A stretch of DNA of 64,000 bases from NCBI GenBank assembly GCA_964658305.1, contig OZ210885.1, positions 22,072,001 through 22,136,000 on the forward strand, written 5' to 3'. Positions 39,182 through 51,872 of the stretch are shown here, piece after piece. The position numbers and the translations under genes are program-made. Numbering within the stretch: the first letter of the stretch is position 1; every line of letters starts with the position of its first letter. Source of the stretch: Leptogorgia sarmentosa. Taxonomy: Eukaryota. Under the pieces are notes generated by a model. It was not told where the DNA came from and did no database searches. It was given only the letters and a program-made list of their open reading frames with translations.

Positions 39182-39372
39182 TATAGAAAAAAAACTCAAA
39201 TATGAGACTCATTTGCAAAGACTGATATCATTCATGGAATCCTTAAAATATGGTCCAATATAGTACTGGTACTATACCAGTGTTGAACAATTCTGCCGTA
39301 AGCATGTACTATTCTGACCATGACGGTATTATAACGTCTCTACAGTATTCAACGTAAGCTCCTGCAGTCAAG

Positions 39373-39733
39373 AAAGATGCAATTTATGTTTAGAAGAAAA
39401 GCTCTGTCTTTTGAAAGATAAAAACAAACAAAATTTACTAAACAAAAAATCGGAAATAGTTTCGACATGTAATCATAAAAAGAAATACCTAGTAAACAAC
39501 CTAAACAATGGAAGGAAACCAAGGAATGCATGCATTGTTTGACGCCCATGCCCACGTTTCCGACTCAAAACACTTATAAGCAGCAAACTTTTCGAAATTT
39601 GTCAGCCATCTGATGATTCCTCTTGGATGAAACAGGCTGTAGTGGCACCTTTTTGAGGCAAAACTATACTATTTGCTCTATCTATAAGGTATCGAGCACT
39701 CTTTTGGCATTTCGTTAACCAAAACTTTATCGT
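39373..39733 (+). mobile_element. PLE-A 3' end (GIY-YIG tail and 3' UTR), inverted copy of 42612-42975
   Basis: RCNLCLEEKLCLLKDKNKQNLLNKKSEIVSTCNH; ends at a (TA)n tract. Confidence 0.9.
39605..39646 (+). ncRNA. Minimal type I hammerhead ribozyme (PLE-A)
   Basis: GCCAT-CTGATGA-TTCC TCTT GGAT-GAAA-CAGGCTG-TA-GTGGC. Stems I, II and III form, core is conserved, cleavage triplet GUA. Confidence 0.85.
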
Positions 39734-39820
39734 ATATATATATATAATTGGAAAATGTCTAAAGACTAAGAAGATTGACACTGGCTTATTGAAACGTATA
39801 ACGACGTTTATTAAAATAGT

Positions 39821-39864
39821 TAAAAGACGTTTCAGTCGAAGAACTGAGACCTTCGTCGGTTTAC
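39821..39864 (-). ncRNA. Variant minimal hammerhead (PLE-B), left-arm copy
   Basis: Reverse complement reads TAAA-CCGACGA-AGGTC..GACT-GAAA-CGTC-TTTTA. Confidence 0.6.
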
Positions 39865-39919
39865 AAGATTAAAAAACAGGCTATAAACAGCTCTATATAT
39901 GTACAGGTTAAAATAATTA

Positions 39920-41333
39920 CAGTACTGTGCAAAAGTCTTAGGCCACCCTTTCAATGTACTGAAATAATGAAGACTAACAACATTTAGCACTCAAAGTTAT
40001 TGAAATTAGTACAATTTAATACAACTTTTTAATAACTATCCTAGTATATCAGGGTATGCTGCCATAAATAAGGTTAACATGTACCAATTAAAATTATTAA
40101 AGTGAACGACAAACAAATTATATGAAAAATTGGAAGATATTTAATAATTCAGTATTTGACATTCATCATCAGTACTTTGTATGGCCTCCTTTCGATTTTA
40201 TAACTGCTGCAATTCGTTTTGGCAAGCTTTGCTGCAATTTTTGCAAGTAATCTTGCGGTATATTGTCCCATGCTTCTTTCAGAACTCTCCATAGTTGATC
40301 CTTTGATGTGGGCTGTTTCTTGTTTTTTTCCCTGTCCAAGTAATCCCACACTGCCTCAATTATGTTGAGATCGGGACTTTGTGGTGGCCAATCTAGAGTT
40401 GTAAGGGTACCAGTTGCTGATTTGCGCTGTAAATAGGACTTTATTATCTTTGCTGAGTGCTTCGGGTCATTATCATGTTGGAAGATGAAATTGTTGCCAA
40501 TCAATCTTTTTCCTGATGGTATAGCATGATGAATCAATATTTGTTTATATTTTGGTGCCTTCATAATGCCATCCATTTTTATGAGATCTCCCACACCATT
40601 GGCTGAAATGCAACCCCATACCATAACCGAACCGCCACCGTGTTTCACAGTAGGCTGTAGGCATGCATCAATATATTTTTCACCAACTCTTCTCCGAACA
40701 TAATGGCGCCTGTTTGAACCAAAAAGTTGGAATTGTGATTCATCACTCCATAGTACTCTTCTCCATTGTGCACTGTTCCATGTCTTGTGACGTTTTGCAA
40801 ATTTCAACCTCTTTTGCTTGTTACCTCTACGTAATAATGGTTTTTACACGTCCATGAAGACCGCTTCTTCCCAGACTCCTTCTGATAGTCGAAGAGTGCA
40901 CCTTTGTTCCACCAAACACTGCCAACTCGTGTGCCAATGCTTTACTGGACTTCCTCCTGTCCCTCAAAGAAGTTACTTTCAAGTACTTTTCGTCCGACTC
41001 AGACAGCTTCTTTGGTCTTCCACTTCGTTTTCTGTCTTTTACCTCACCAGTCTCTTCAAACTTCTTCAGGACTTCTTGGACACCACACCTTGAGAATCCA
41101 GTTAGACGGGCTATCGCACGTTGTGACTTCCCTTGTTGATGTAGAATGACAATTTTATGTCTGTCAAATTGTGTTAACTTAGCCATGACATTCTGCATAC
41201 CACGTTTATGTACTCCCATTATAAAGCAGAAATCAGTTCGGGAAATTGTGGGATTGTCTCGCGCATGCTATTTAACATGGGCTACGTTTAACAAGAATTT
41301 GCCAAGGTGGCCTAAGACTTTTGCACACTACTG
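39920..41333 (-). mobile_element. Tc1 DNA transposon (1414 bp), transposase frameshifted
   Basis: 28-bp TIRs CAGTA(C/G)TGTGCAAAAGTCTTAGGCCACC; TA TSD. Helix-turn-helix and SGRPKK in 40827..41219; WSDES, QHDNDPKH, SPDLNIIE in 40169..40807. Confidence 0.96.
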
Positions 41334-41751
41334 TATATGTAAATTACTAGTGACTAAGAAAGGGATAAATATACATCCGGTAGGTCTATGTGGTCATTAC
41401 CCGAACTTGGGGTCCTTTGGGAATGCCAAGCCTCTAAGAACAATCGTTGATGATAATTGTGTGCTGTGTCAAGGACTTTTACGTTTTCAAAGTCCATTAT
41501 GTGGTTATGTAAATTAATATGTTGAACTATTTTTGAGTTTTTGTCCAGTTTGTGAATAGCTCGCTGATGTTCTTTGATACGTGTCTGTAGAGCTCGTTCC
41601 GTTTGTCCAATGTAAGAGAATTTGCAGTTGGAACAATTAATTTTGTAAACAACCTCCTTTCTTCGTACGGTGGGTATCTTATCCTTAGGCTTCGAGAAGT
41701 GGCGACTTAGCGTGTTTACCGGTCTATAACCTACGGTGACATTCTCGCTGA

Positions 41752-42600
41752 TTCTCAACCCACACTGATAAATACCTGGATTTCAACTCACACCATCCCA
41801 CCACGCATAAACGTTCTGTGGTTAATACGTTGCTAGATCGGGCAGACAAAATTCCTTCTACAAAGAATGGTAAACGTCGAGAACGGAAACATGTAATGAA
41901 AGTACTCAATGATAATGGTTATCCATCCAGATTCATCAGGAAATGCGATGCTCAACGAAAGATGGTGAACAATCGGGAGAAAAATGAACAGCAAGCTGCG
42001 GGTTTCGTGGTGCTACCGTATATTAAAGGTATATCAGAGAGAATTAACAGAGTCCTGCAACGCGAGTGTCACCGTAGGTTATAGACCGGTAAACACGCTA
42101 AGTCGCCACTTCCCGAAGCCTAAGGATAAGATACCCACCGTACGAAGAAAGGAGGTTGTTTACAAAATTAATTGTTCCAACGGCAAATTCTCTTACATTG
42201 GACAAACGGAACGAGCTCTACAGACACGTATCAAAGAACATCAGCGAGCTATTCACAAACTGGACAAAAACTCAAAAATAGTTCAACATATTAATTTACA
42301 TAACCACATAATGGACTTTGAAAACGTAAGTCTTGGCATTCCCAAAGGACCCCAGGTTCGGGTAATGACCACATAGACCTACCGGATGTATATTTATCCC
42401 TTTCTTAGTCAGTAGTAATTTACATATAATTATTTTAACCTGTACATATATAGAGCTGTTTATAGCCTGTTTTTTAATCTTGTAAACCGACGAAGGTCTC
42501 AGTTCTTTGACCGAAACGTCTTTTAACTATTTTAATAAACGTCGTTATACGTTTCAATAAGCCAGTGTCAATCTTTTTAGTCTTTAGACATTTTCCAATT
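41752..42600 (+). mobile_element. PLE-B RT thumb, GIY-YIG and 3' UTR (5'-truncated)
   Basis: THTDKYLDFNSHHP, LNDNGYP, VLPYIKGISE, VVYKINC..YIGQT. Confidence 0.9.
42483..42526 (+). ncRNA. Variant minimal hammerhead (PLE-B), right-arm copy
   Basis: TAAA-CCGACGA-AGGTC TCAGTTCTTT GACC-GAAA-CGTC-TTTTA. Palindromic ACGT stem III, GUC triplet; core deviates from CUGANGA. Confidence 0.65.
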
Positions 42601-42611
42601 ATATATATATA

Positions 42612-44205
42612 TACGATAAAGTTTTGGTTAACGAAATGCCAAAAGAGTGCTCGATACCATATAGATAGAGCAAATAGTATAGTTTTGCCTCAAAAAGGTG
42701 CCACTACAGCCTGTTTCATCCAAGAGGAATCATCAGATGGCTGACAAATTTCGAAAAGTTTGCTGCTTATAAGTGTTTTGAGTCGGAAACGTGGGCATGG
42801 GCATCAAACAATGCATGCATTCCTTGGTTTCCTTCCATTGTTTAGGTTGTTTACTAGGTATTTCTTTTTATGATTACATGTCGAAACTATTTCCGATTTT
42901 TTGTTTAGTAAATTTTGTTTGTTTTTATCTTTCAAAAGACAGAGCTTTTCTTCTAAACATAAATTGCATCTTTTTGTTCCTCCCGTATACGAAATACAAT
43001 GCTTACTTATAGACCAAGTAATGTCGAAATCTTTGTTATTATCTTTTAGTCCCCAAATATATTTCGAAAGTTTTGTTTCGTTTGAGTACCCTTTGTGGTT
43101 AGATGATTTAATATGGTTTCTATATCGCTCTTTAGATGTACTTGCCGTCATGCCTATGTAATGGTTTGTGCTGTTTGTGCAGGTGACAGTGGCCTTGTAA
43201 ACTATGTCTTTGCTCATGCATTTTTCCTGAAGTGGGCATGTGTTCTTGTCTCTACAAGTGCATAGGTCTGTGGCCTCGCACTGTGGCTTACTTTTCCTGA
43301 TCATATGTGTGTTGTTCCTAGAAATTATAGACTTGACATTATTCATGCAACTGTAACTGACCTTGACTGTGTTCCTATTAAAAATCTTGTGTGGCTTGTG
43401 GTGAGGTGGGAAATGTATGTCTAATAAGCCCAGGAAATCATGTGCGATGTGTGTCTTGACACTCTTGCTGAAAGGGGGATTAAACCAAATGATGTTGCGT
43501 TGCCTATTTCTGTGTGTTTGTGGTGCTTGATTCATGCATTCAAACTTGTGGTCGAAATTGCTGTGCCTTAGTGCGTTTTGGTAAGCAGGAGCACTTCATG
43601 GAATGTGTGCTCATCTGATGAGAGTGTCGAAATGCACTTGTTGATCGATGTGGAGAGTTGTCTTATGATGCTTGCTGGGTGGTTGGAATGTTTGTTTATG
43701 TATAGTGGATCGTCATTAGGCTTTCTATAGGGCTTAAATTTTCCATTAAGATCGAAAGTGACATCTAAGAAATTTACTACGTGCAAATTTGCCTCGGCTG
43801 TTATTTTTAAACCGAAATTGTCAAAACATTTATGGAGTTCTTTCCTGGTTTTATCTGCCAAACGTGCTGATTTGTTTTTGATGATAGCCAATCTATCATC
43901 TCTTTATAAACCGATGTTTTCTTTGCCAAATTTTTCCCCTAGATCGTTTAGTATGAAAAGGCCTACAAGTTCACAAATTTCAGCTCTGTCGTAACTACCC
44001 ATGGTTATGTCAAATAAGCTGTTGCTGTCTTTTTTTATCCAAGGTTTTCCGTCATTGAAAAGTAGTGATTTCCTAGCGTGTTTTATTATTGAAATGTCAT
44101 CCTTTGATATGTGAGCCAAATTAGAAGCCCAAGATAATGCTTGGTCCAGTAAATTTTCTGATATCGATGGGTAGAAATCAACTATGTCAAATGAAATGAA
44201 AGTGT
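42612..44205 (-). mobile_element. PLE-A RT + GIY-YIG, 5'-truncated and frameshifted
   Basis: FISFDIVDFYPSI, FDITMGSYD.AEICELVG, NFLDVTF, RNIIWFNPPFS, IVYKATV..HYIGMT. Confidence 0.92.
42700..42741 (-). ncRNA. Minimal type I hammerhead ribozyme (PLE-A), second copy
   Basis: Exact reverse complement of 39605-39646. Confidence 0.85.
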
Positions 44206-44207
44206 GC

Positions 44208-44580
44208 CTGGCCACTGTCACCTGCACAAAACGTTACATAGGTATGACAGCAACTACATTTAAAGAGCGATATAGAAACCATATTAAATCATTTAACCAC
44301 AAAAGGTACTCAAACGAAACAGAACTTTCGAAATATATTTGGGGACTAAAAGATAATAACAAAGATTTCGACATTACTTGGTCTATAATTAAGCATTGTA
44401 TTTCGTATATAGGAGGAACAAAAAGATGCAATTTATGTTTAGAAGAAAAGCTCTGTATTTTGAAAGATAAAAACAAACAAAATTTACTAAACAAAAAATC
44501 GGAAATAGTTTCGACATGTAATCATAAAAAGAAATACCAACCTAAACAATGGAAGGAATGCATGCATTGTTTGACGCCCA
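44208..44580 (+). mobile_element. PLE-A inverted GIY-YIG fragment
   Basis: ATVTCTKRYIGMTATTFKERYRNH..., an inverted copy of about 42800-43195. Confidence 0.88.
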
Positions 44581-45862
44581 ATCTTCCGTTTTCTAATCAT
44601 TCGACTGGGGCATTGGCATGGATTTTTGGATATGGTTGCATTTTACAAGCTCATTAAAATTAATGGTCTTCCTCTCTACATCCTTCATACTCTGAGCAAA
44701 TAATTGTGGGATGTTTAATTGTTATGAAGGTGAGCTTATATTTTGTGTAAGAGGATTGTACTATATTTTAAATTCACATTGTTATAGTTAATAGCTTAAT
44801 CCGACAATTTGAATGACATGTCAAACCAGAATGAATGTTCATGATATTCATGCAGTCCTACGCCTTGTATGCTCTATGATGCAGCATACTTCCTCATCCT
44901 GCACAGTTAACTAACATGCATATGAGGTTCAGATAATATCTTTTTTGACTCCAAATCGTTTTCCTCTAATCTTCTGTTATTTAATCTTGCACAGCTTTTA
45001 TGTTTTATAGATGAGGCCATGCCAAATAAAGTTATAAGAAAGAGAGATATTGAGTTATGAAATGTCGTGTAAAATTATAAACAGCATCTAATTTTGTCGA
45101 ACACTACTGGGACAGTTTTCAGTAGAGGATTGTTTCTATGCGTCATCTTCAAATTTTCAGAATTGTTCGATTATGATTATAATTATATCATGGATAGCTT
45201 TTATTGACAAAAATTCTTGGATAAAATCAACTGAATTCGGCAGATGTTCAAATGCATGTTATAAAGGTAAGTTCGTATTTCATACTTTTCGTTGCGACTA
45301 AGTTAGGTATCAGTAGAGAGGTATTGTTATTCTTGAGAAATATAGGCATGAATTATTGGATATGGTGGTATTTTTCAAACTACCCCATTGCCCTTGTTTT
45401 TGTGAATATTAATGACATTTCTGTCTTTATTATTAGACAATAGCCAAAACCCTCAACCACCTAAAAAGCACGATCAATGGCTGTCTGTCTGACCATCTCA
45501 ATGGTAATAAGAAAGTGCAAAACTTTCACCTTCAATCAATGTGCGAGAATAGAAACCACATCATCGTGTTTTTAAATCTGTTCTATTATTCTCATGTTGA
45601 CATTACATTATTCGTCATATTTTTGCCCGAATAATGCTTGAAAATTTGCCCTAATTTTCGACCTTCAAATTTTTTAGGAGAGCTGTTCCCCCTTACCCAC
45701 CACCTTGTGCGGCTATGTACACTGTGTAGTTGCATCGTACAAGCAAACTGATTCTGAACAGAACTTTTTAAAATTATCTTTCCATTATTTATCATAAACA
45801 ATATTTGTGTAAATCATGGTATTTTGTTTCTACATGAACATGTATATGTATAATTGTATAGG

Positions 45863-47109
45863 ATGTCAAAACGAAATATAACTGTGGAAGAAGTGAGTTC
45901 TCTACCAGTTCCAGACTCCCCTCAAAAATCTGCAAAACGGTTGACATGCTTTGTTTTGAATAAGAGCCTCTGTGACCAATGAAGAAGGGCTCTATGTTCT
46001 CTATGAACCTATGTGATAAAGACCCATCTACCTCAGTCAGAGCTGTTTGTTTTGATGAAGATGTATTCGATAAGGTTGAAGCAAATACAACCTATGAAAT
46101 TGAATCATTTAAATATGGAAAGGCCTATGGTGCACCTACATCTTTAGAGCTACAGTTTGATGGTAAAACAAACTTCACAACATCAACATTACAAATCCAG
46201 ATGTCAGAAAAATTACACAGGCATCAGGTGCTTGATGGTGTCAGATGTAGATGAGGCAATTATGGTTGGTTATTACTGGGCACATGGAGCTAGTTTTATG
46301 GAGGGCTCATGCAGAAAACATCAACCTCGAAAAAGGAGATGTTTTGAAGTTGGAAAATGTTGTTGCTTGACTTGCTTCAACATTTAACCACAAAGTTAAT
46401 TTGACCACAACTTTTGAAACAGAAATTATTGTGGTTAGTGATGCCATAACAGTATGAGAGATCAACTAATATTGTTTCCTTAAAAACTTCAATCCTCGCT
46501 ATTAAAGAATTTACCTGCAGTTATTCTTGTATTGAGTGCAAGAGTGACATAGATTATCTTAGTTGCAAAACTGTTGAAGCAATAACTTGCCCCAGATGTG
46601 CAACTATATTTCTGAAATCTTCCACATCAGTTAACAACAGCTATTCAGTTAAATTAGCAGACAAGAAATGGTTTAAAGCTTCTAACACTGTAAGTATTGT
46701 TATGAGGTGAACTACCTTTTTGGGCACTGTCAACAATAATTGCACATATGTACATACATTTGGTGTGTTACAAATGAAAGAGTTCTTAGTCTGTGTTTAC
46801 ATGAACAACTAGGGAATATTACATACACAAAGTATAAAAAATTAAAGCTGCTCAAATGCTTCTTTTTTATTATAACTGCTATTTCTTCAGGCTACACAGC
46901 ATCTATTCAACTGGAGTGCACCGAAAAATGAACCAAACCAACAAGACATCATTTTCCTGCTGAGCAATAATTATTGTATGAAAGTTGACCATAGTAATAA
47001 CTTGGATAAAGAAGTTGAAATGGAAGGCAACACCTTGAATATGGATTTGGAAGAAAATTTGAGTGAACACAGTGAGGACAATGAGATAAATAAACCCAAA
47101 ACAGACTAA
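45863..47109 (+). pseudogene. Decayed RPA70-like OB-fold / zinc-ribbon ssDNA-binding gene
   Basis: FSMNLCDKD..SVRAVCF..FDKVEANTTYEIESFK (OB-fold-like); later YSCIECKSDI..ITCPRCAT; GT-AG intron at about 46690-46891. Confidence 0.5.
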
Positions 47110-48294
47110 GTTAATTTATGTCGTGCTCATGAGACTTCTATTTGACATTTTTTAGTCCTATATTACAGACATTTTAAATGACTTTTGCTATAACTCTCGA
47201 GTTTTGCTGCAGAATTTAAATTTCTGCAAGTTTATATGGTAAAATACTTTTATATTTTGTGTTTTGTTCATGGAAAAGTTTATATAAATACCTCTACCTT
47301 TGTGGTTCAGTCTTTAATAGTTTCACTCTTTGTTTCAACTAGTGGCATGCCAGACGTCAACGCCAGTTGTTGAAGCAAACACCAGGAAACTATTGATACA
47401 TTAGTTGAGGACAAATAAATAAGTTTATAATTTCTTTTATAGATATTAGATAATTTCCACATAAGTTGTTGAACTTCATTTTCTACAGAATTCTTAAATC
47501 CATTTAGACTATGTTTACACAACGCCGGAGCGCAAAAGTGACGGCATAAATTGATTGCGTTTACACTGTTCCGTTTGAATTCCGATACGTTTTCGCGAGC
47601 GTTTACACATACCACCGTAACACGTCGTCAACACCCGTACGTTGTTCGTGGAAAATTGCACCATATCAGCCATTTATTGTTGACATGTGGTAAATGACTT
47701 CATATTTTCAGCAATGGGGTGTAAAAAGAACAAAAGTAACGCAGCTGAGAGCAATAAAAATGCAGCAAATGTAAATTTTGTATGGACCGATGATGAAGTC
47801 GAGTTGTTATTGGGAGTTATTATACATTTTAAAGTGGAAAAAGAGGCAGAAGGCTACGATTGGGAATCGGTCAAAACCAAGTATGATAGTATTACTGAGT
47901 TGTTTGTCAGTAGGTATCCGAAAGAGTCTAGCGCATTTCCCAAAACAAATCCTGAGAAAGAGTTTACTAAATCGAGAATTCAGACCAAAGTCAAAGCTAT
48001 TCGTCTAAAGTACAGAAAAGCTGTAGACTCGGGAAGACAAAGCGGAGGAGGTCGTGTTGTGGCTACATTTTATGATTCTTGTCAAAATATTTGGGGGGGG
48101 GGGCTGTCCTGCCGCAGAGATGATAGAGAATGGTGTGGAGACATCGGATACCTCGTCGCAGTAATCGAAAATCTGGATGAACACTTGAACGGCGAAGAGG
48201 ACGAAGCTGAGGCAGAAGATCAAGAGCAAAGTGGTCATACTGGTGAAGAGATTCCCATCAGTAAAAAGAAAAAATCTGGTTGATCATATTTTAA

Positions 48295-50955
48295 CCCTTT
48301 AAGGCCTGGCGGTCACATATGTGTACAAATTTCAGAACAATAATGACGTCCGATTTTCTTATTTGCGGTAATTGTTGATGTGAGTACTTCATGTAAGGGT
48401 TATGAAAATTTTTCTAACACATACTTTTGAGTGATGGGAATTACCGGCGGCAAGTAACCATGGCATCCTTTAGTGGATTATCTGCCAGGTAAGCTCATTG
48501 ATTATTTCTTTCTAAATTTTGCCCTATTTTGTCATATAAAGTGATAACATAATATCTAGAAGCTATGATAACAGTTGTAGGAATGCAAATAAAGGAAAAT
48601 ATGCAGTATTTCTCGGCCTTAGAGGTGCAATTCATGTAAATTTTTTCGGGCAAACATTTTGTGCACATATGTGCACTTGAGGAATTTATGGAATGAATTT
48701 GTCAGTAGTAGCTGTGATTTCTTGCTGTCTTATCTGTTTGCTAATCCATATCTTTAGTTCATTCTACTCATCAAAGAAGCCTAAAAGGACTCCAGTCAAT
48801 GTATTACACATACCAGATGACAACATAAGTGAAGATAGCTTGGATGGTGAAGAGGATGACAGTGATTACCAACCTGATAATATGCAACTGGATGTTGAGG
48901 ATTCAGATGATGAAATGGAACTAGAAATAGATGAGGTTGACGAAGGTGAGGAAACGGATGTTGATGAAGAGGAACCATTGGCAAATAGAAGGGTAAAAAA
49001 AGGGACAAAGAAAAAAAAGAAAAGTGAGGACAAGGTAAAGTTTTGTACCACAGACAAAGATTCTAATAATTTCAAATTGGGCATGTAATTAACATTAGGC
49101 TACATTTTCCACTTTTAGAAGAAGAATTTCTCATGGAAGACAAGTCCATGGAAGCGTCCACCAGCATCCAACATTCCCATTGAAAAGATGAAGCCTAATA
49201 ACAGCAGCTTATCCAATATCAGTCAGCCATTTGAATTCTTCAAGCAATTTGTCACCAAAGATTTGTTGGATCACATAACATTTCAAACAAACTTGTACAA
49301 TACTCAGCGAGCAACACTTGGTTATAAGCGGGCAGTGAGAACCAAGGGCCCTAATACTTCTTACAAACAAGTAAAGACTGTGACAGAACATGAAATTCAA
49401 CAATTATTTGGTATAATACTCTACATGGGTATCCACAAGTTACCTAATCGCCGGATGTATTGGGCCATGAAAACATATGTGCCACTCATTGCAAGCAGTA
49501 TGAATCGAAATCGATTTGAAGAAATCCTGTCTGTCCTTCATTTCAACAATAATCAGGAGGCCATTGCTGATCCAGCCAATCCAAACTATGACAAGCTATT
49601 CAAACTGAAGCCCTTGATTGATCATTTCAGAACTGTTTTCAAAGGATCAGTCACAGCCGAAACCATGCAGTGCATCGATGAAATGATGGTACCTTTCAAG
49701 GGCAGGCATGGAGCCAAACAGTACATGCCAAAGAAGCCATGCAAATGGGGCTACAAACTTTGGTGTCGAGCTGGCATGTCAGGGTATGTGTATGATTTTG
49801 AAGTACTTGGTTCCCGAGAGGCAAAAGGTCCACCACCTGGGGTAAATGTTGAAGACTTTGGAGAAAGTGAGCATGTTGTGTTGAGATTGTCCAAAGACTT
49901 GGAGAGGAATAGGCATCAATTGTTTTTTGACAATTTTTTCTCCAGTCCTGAACTTTTAGTTTACCTCATGTCTCAAGGCATCTTTGCTGTTGCCACACTC
50001 AGACGTGACAGGAGTCGTGGTTGCCCCCTGCCTGCAGAGAAGGATATGCGAAAAAATGGCCGGGGGAATCTTGCTGAATTTACTGATTCAAAAGCTGGTC
50101 TAGTGGTCTGTGCATGGTATGACAACCGTATGGTGTTGACCATATCAAATTTCATAGGAAAAGATCCTATTTCGAGTTGCAAGCGGTATGATAGGAAGAA
50201 GAAGGAGTCTTTGACTGTGCCTCGTCCAGCTTCTATTGGTTTGTATAACAAATTCATGGGTGGGGTGGATAAAGCTGACATGTTCTTATCTATCTACCGC
50301 ACCAAGCACCGAAGTAGAAAGTGGTACCAACGCATTGCATTCCATCTTATATCTCTGGCTGCTGTGAATGCATTTGTGATGTATCGTGAGATTGGTGGAA
50401 GTGGGACCTTTCTCGATTTTATCGTTGATATATGTCGATGTTTGCTTGCTGTTGAAATCCCAAATGATCCTGGGGAGCAGTCCACTTCAGTTATCAAAGT
50501 AGAAAGGTCACTGAAAGCCAGCCAAGTGCCACATGATGTACGTTTTGACAGATGCAGCCACTGGCCTCTTCAGGTTGAGAAACCTCAACGTTGCAAAAAC
50601 ACTGGTTGTAGCAGAAGAACACGGTTTTTGTGTTCCAAATGCCAAGTGTATCTGTGCATGACAGGAACAACATGTTTTTTAGATTACCATGGCATATCTT
50701 CTGAATAACTGTACAATAGTCTCTGTACTTTTTCTTGCAAATATTGTATAATTTTCATTATACTGAGAAAATAAAAAAGTCAGTGTTCCATTCCAAAAGT
50801 TCCTGATGTCAACATATGTGCACAAAAAATATTTCGTAAACTAGATTAGCCACGCCCAAAAAAGATACAAATATTTGTTTATCAAGGTGAATTTACACAT
50901 ATGCAATAATTCTCCTATTTTTAATATTGTTTTTTTACTCCCAGGCCTTAAAGGG
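48295..50955 (+). mobile_element. piggyBac transposon, complete (2661 bp)
   Basis: TTAA TSDs at 48291-94 and 50956-59; perfect 15-bp TIR CCCTTTAAGGCCTGG; subterminal ACATATGTG(C/T)AC repeats. Confidence 0.97.
48460..50708 (+). CDS. piggyBac transposase, three exons (48460-48488, 48758-49034, 49119-50708), 631 aa predicted
   Basis: GT-AG introns with compatible phases; CIDEMMV, FFDNFF, MGGVDKAD; C-terminal Cys-rich domain; no internal stops. Confidence 0.9.
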
Positions 50956-51872
50956 TTAAAGCAAAGAAATTCAAAATTAATGGAAAAAATACCAGTGGAA
51001 AAAGTTATGCTCGACGTGGCTAAAGAAGATGTGGCTTTAAAGAAGGAAATTTTCTCAGAGATGAAAAAGTCAGACAAGGAACAGTCTGATCAGCTGCGAA
51101 TCCTTAATGACACAATGGTAAATCTTACAAAATCCATTAACGAAGGTATACAAGCACTCCAAAACAGGCCACCTGCTGGAATGCTAAATTATCAGCATGC
51201 ACCACCACCTGTTCCTGCCTTCCCTGCTAATTTGTCAGTTAGTCAATCAAGTCACCATAATAGTGGGTATATGCATGCAATGGGAATGCAAAGGCAATCT
51301 AACAGTTATAACTTCTATACTGATTCTTGACTGTAAAGAAAGTCAAAAACAATCAAGTGAAGTTACTGTTATGTACATTTATATTTTATGAACATTGAAC
51401 ATGTAAGTTTACTGTTCAACTACTGTTAGTTACTGGTTACTGTTGAATATGTTAGTTTACCATCAGGCATCATAAATTCAAATGTATCTTCATTTGGAGC
51501 TATATTTCCTTTGGAACATCAACTTAATGAAATGATTATGAAAATGGCAAGTGAAATGCATGTATAGCTAACAAATTTTGAAGATGCATTTGATACAACT
51601 AGTGTTGCTTACTCCCCACAAATTACTCTATCTCTGAGAATTTATTTATATAAAGTACATGTAACTTACAACAAAATTGAAATTTTGCAAAATTGAAATT
51701 TTGTTAAGTTATTTACAAGTTTTGTTGAGTTGCTACAAATGTTTCAATTAAGTACAGGTCAAAATTAAACACAACAATCATTGTTCTGTTAACATTGTTT
51801 TTCAATTCTTTGCTTTATATGAACAATGTAACTGGAATGTGCATTTGGAAAGTGCATGCTTAAAACGTTTGT

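Larger units (their letters stand above)
39747..41750 (-). mobile_element. PLE-B 3' part (GIY-YIG and 3' UTR), interrupted by Tc1
   Basis: VVYKINCSNCKFSYIGQTERALQTRIKEH..FLEAWH; reverse complement of 42060-42600. Confidence 0.9.
47687..51330 (+). pseudogene. Harbinger Myb/SANT-like DNA-binding gene, split by piggyBac
   Basis: FVWTDDEVELLL..DWES..SGRQSGGGRVVATFYD..IWGG. Rejoins across TTAA as NLVDHILKQRNSKL. Frameshifted near the poly-G run at about 48093-48103. Confidence 0.8.
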
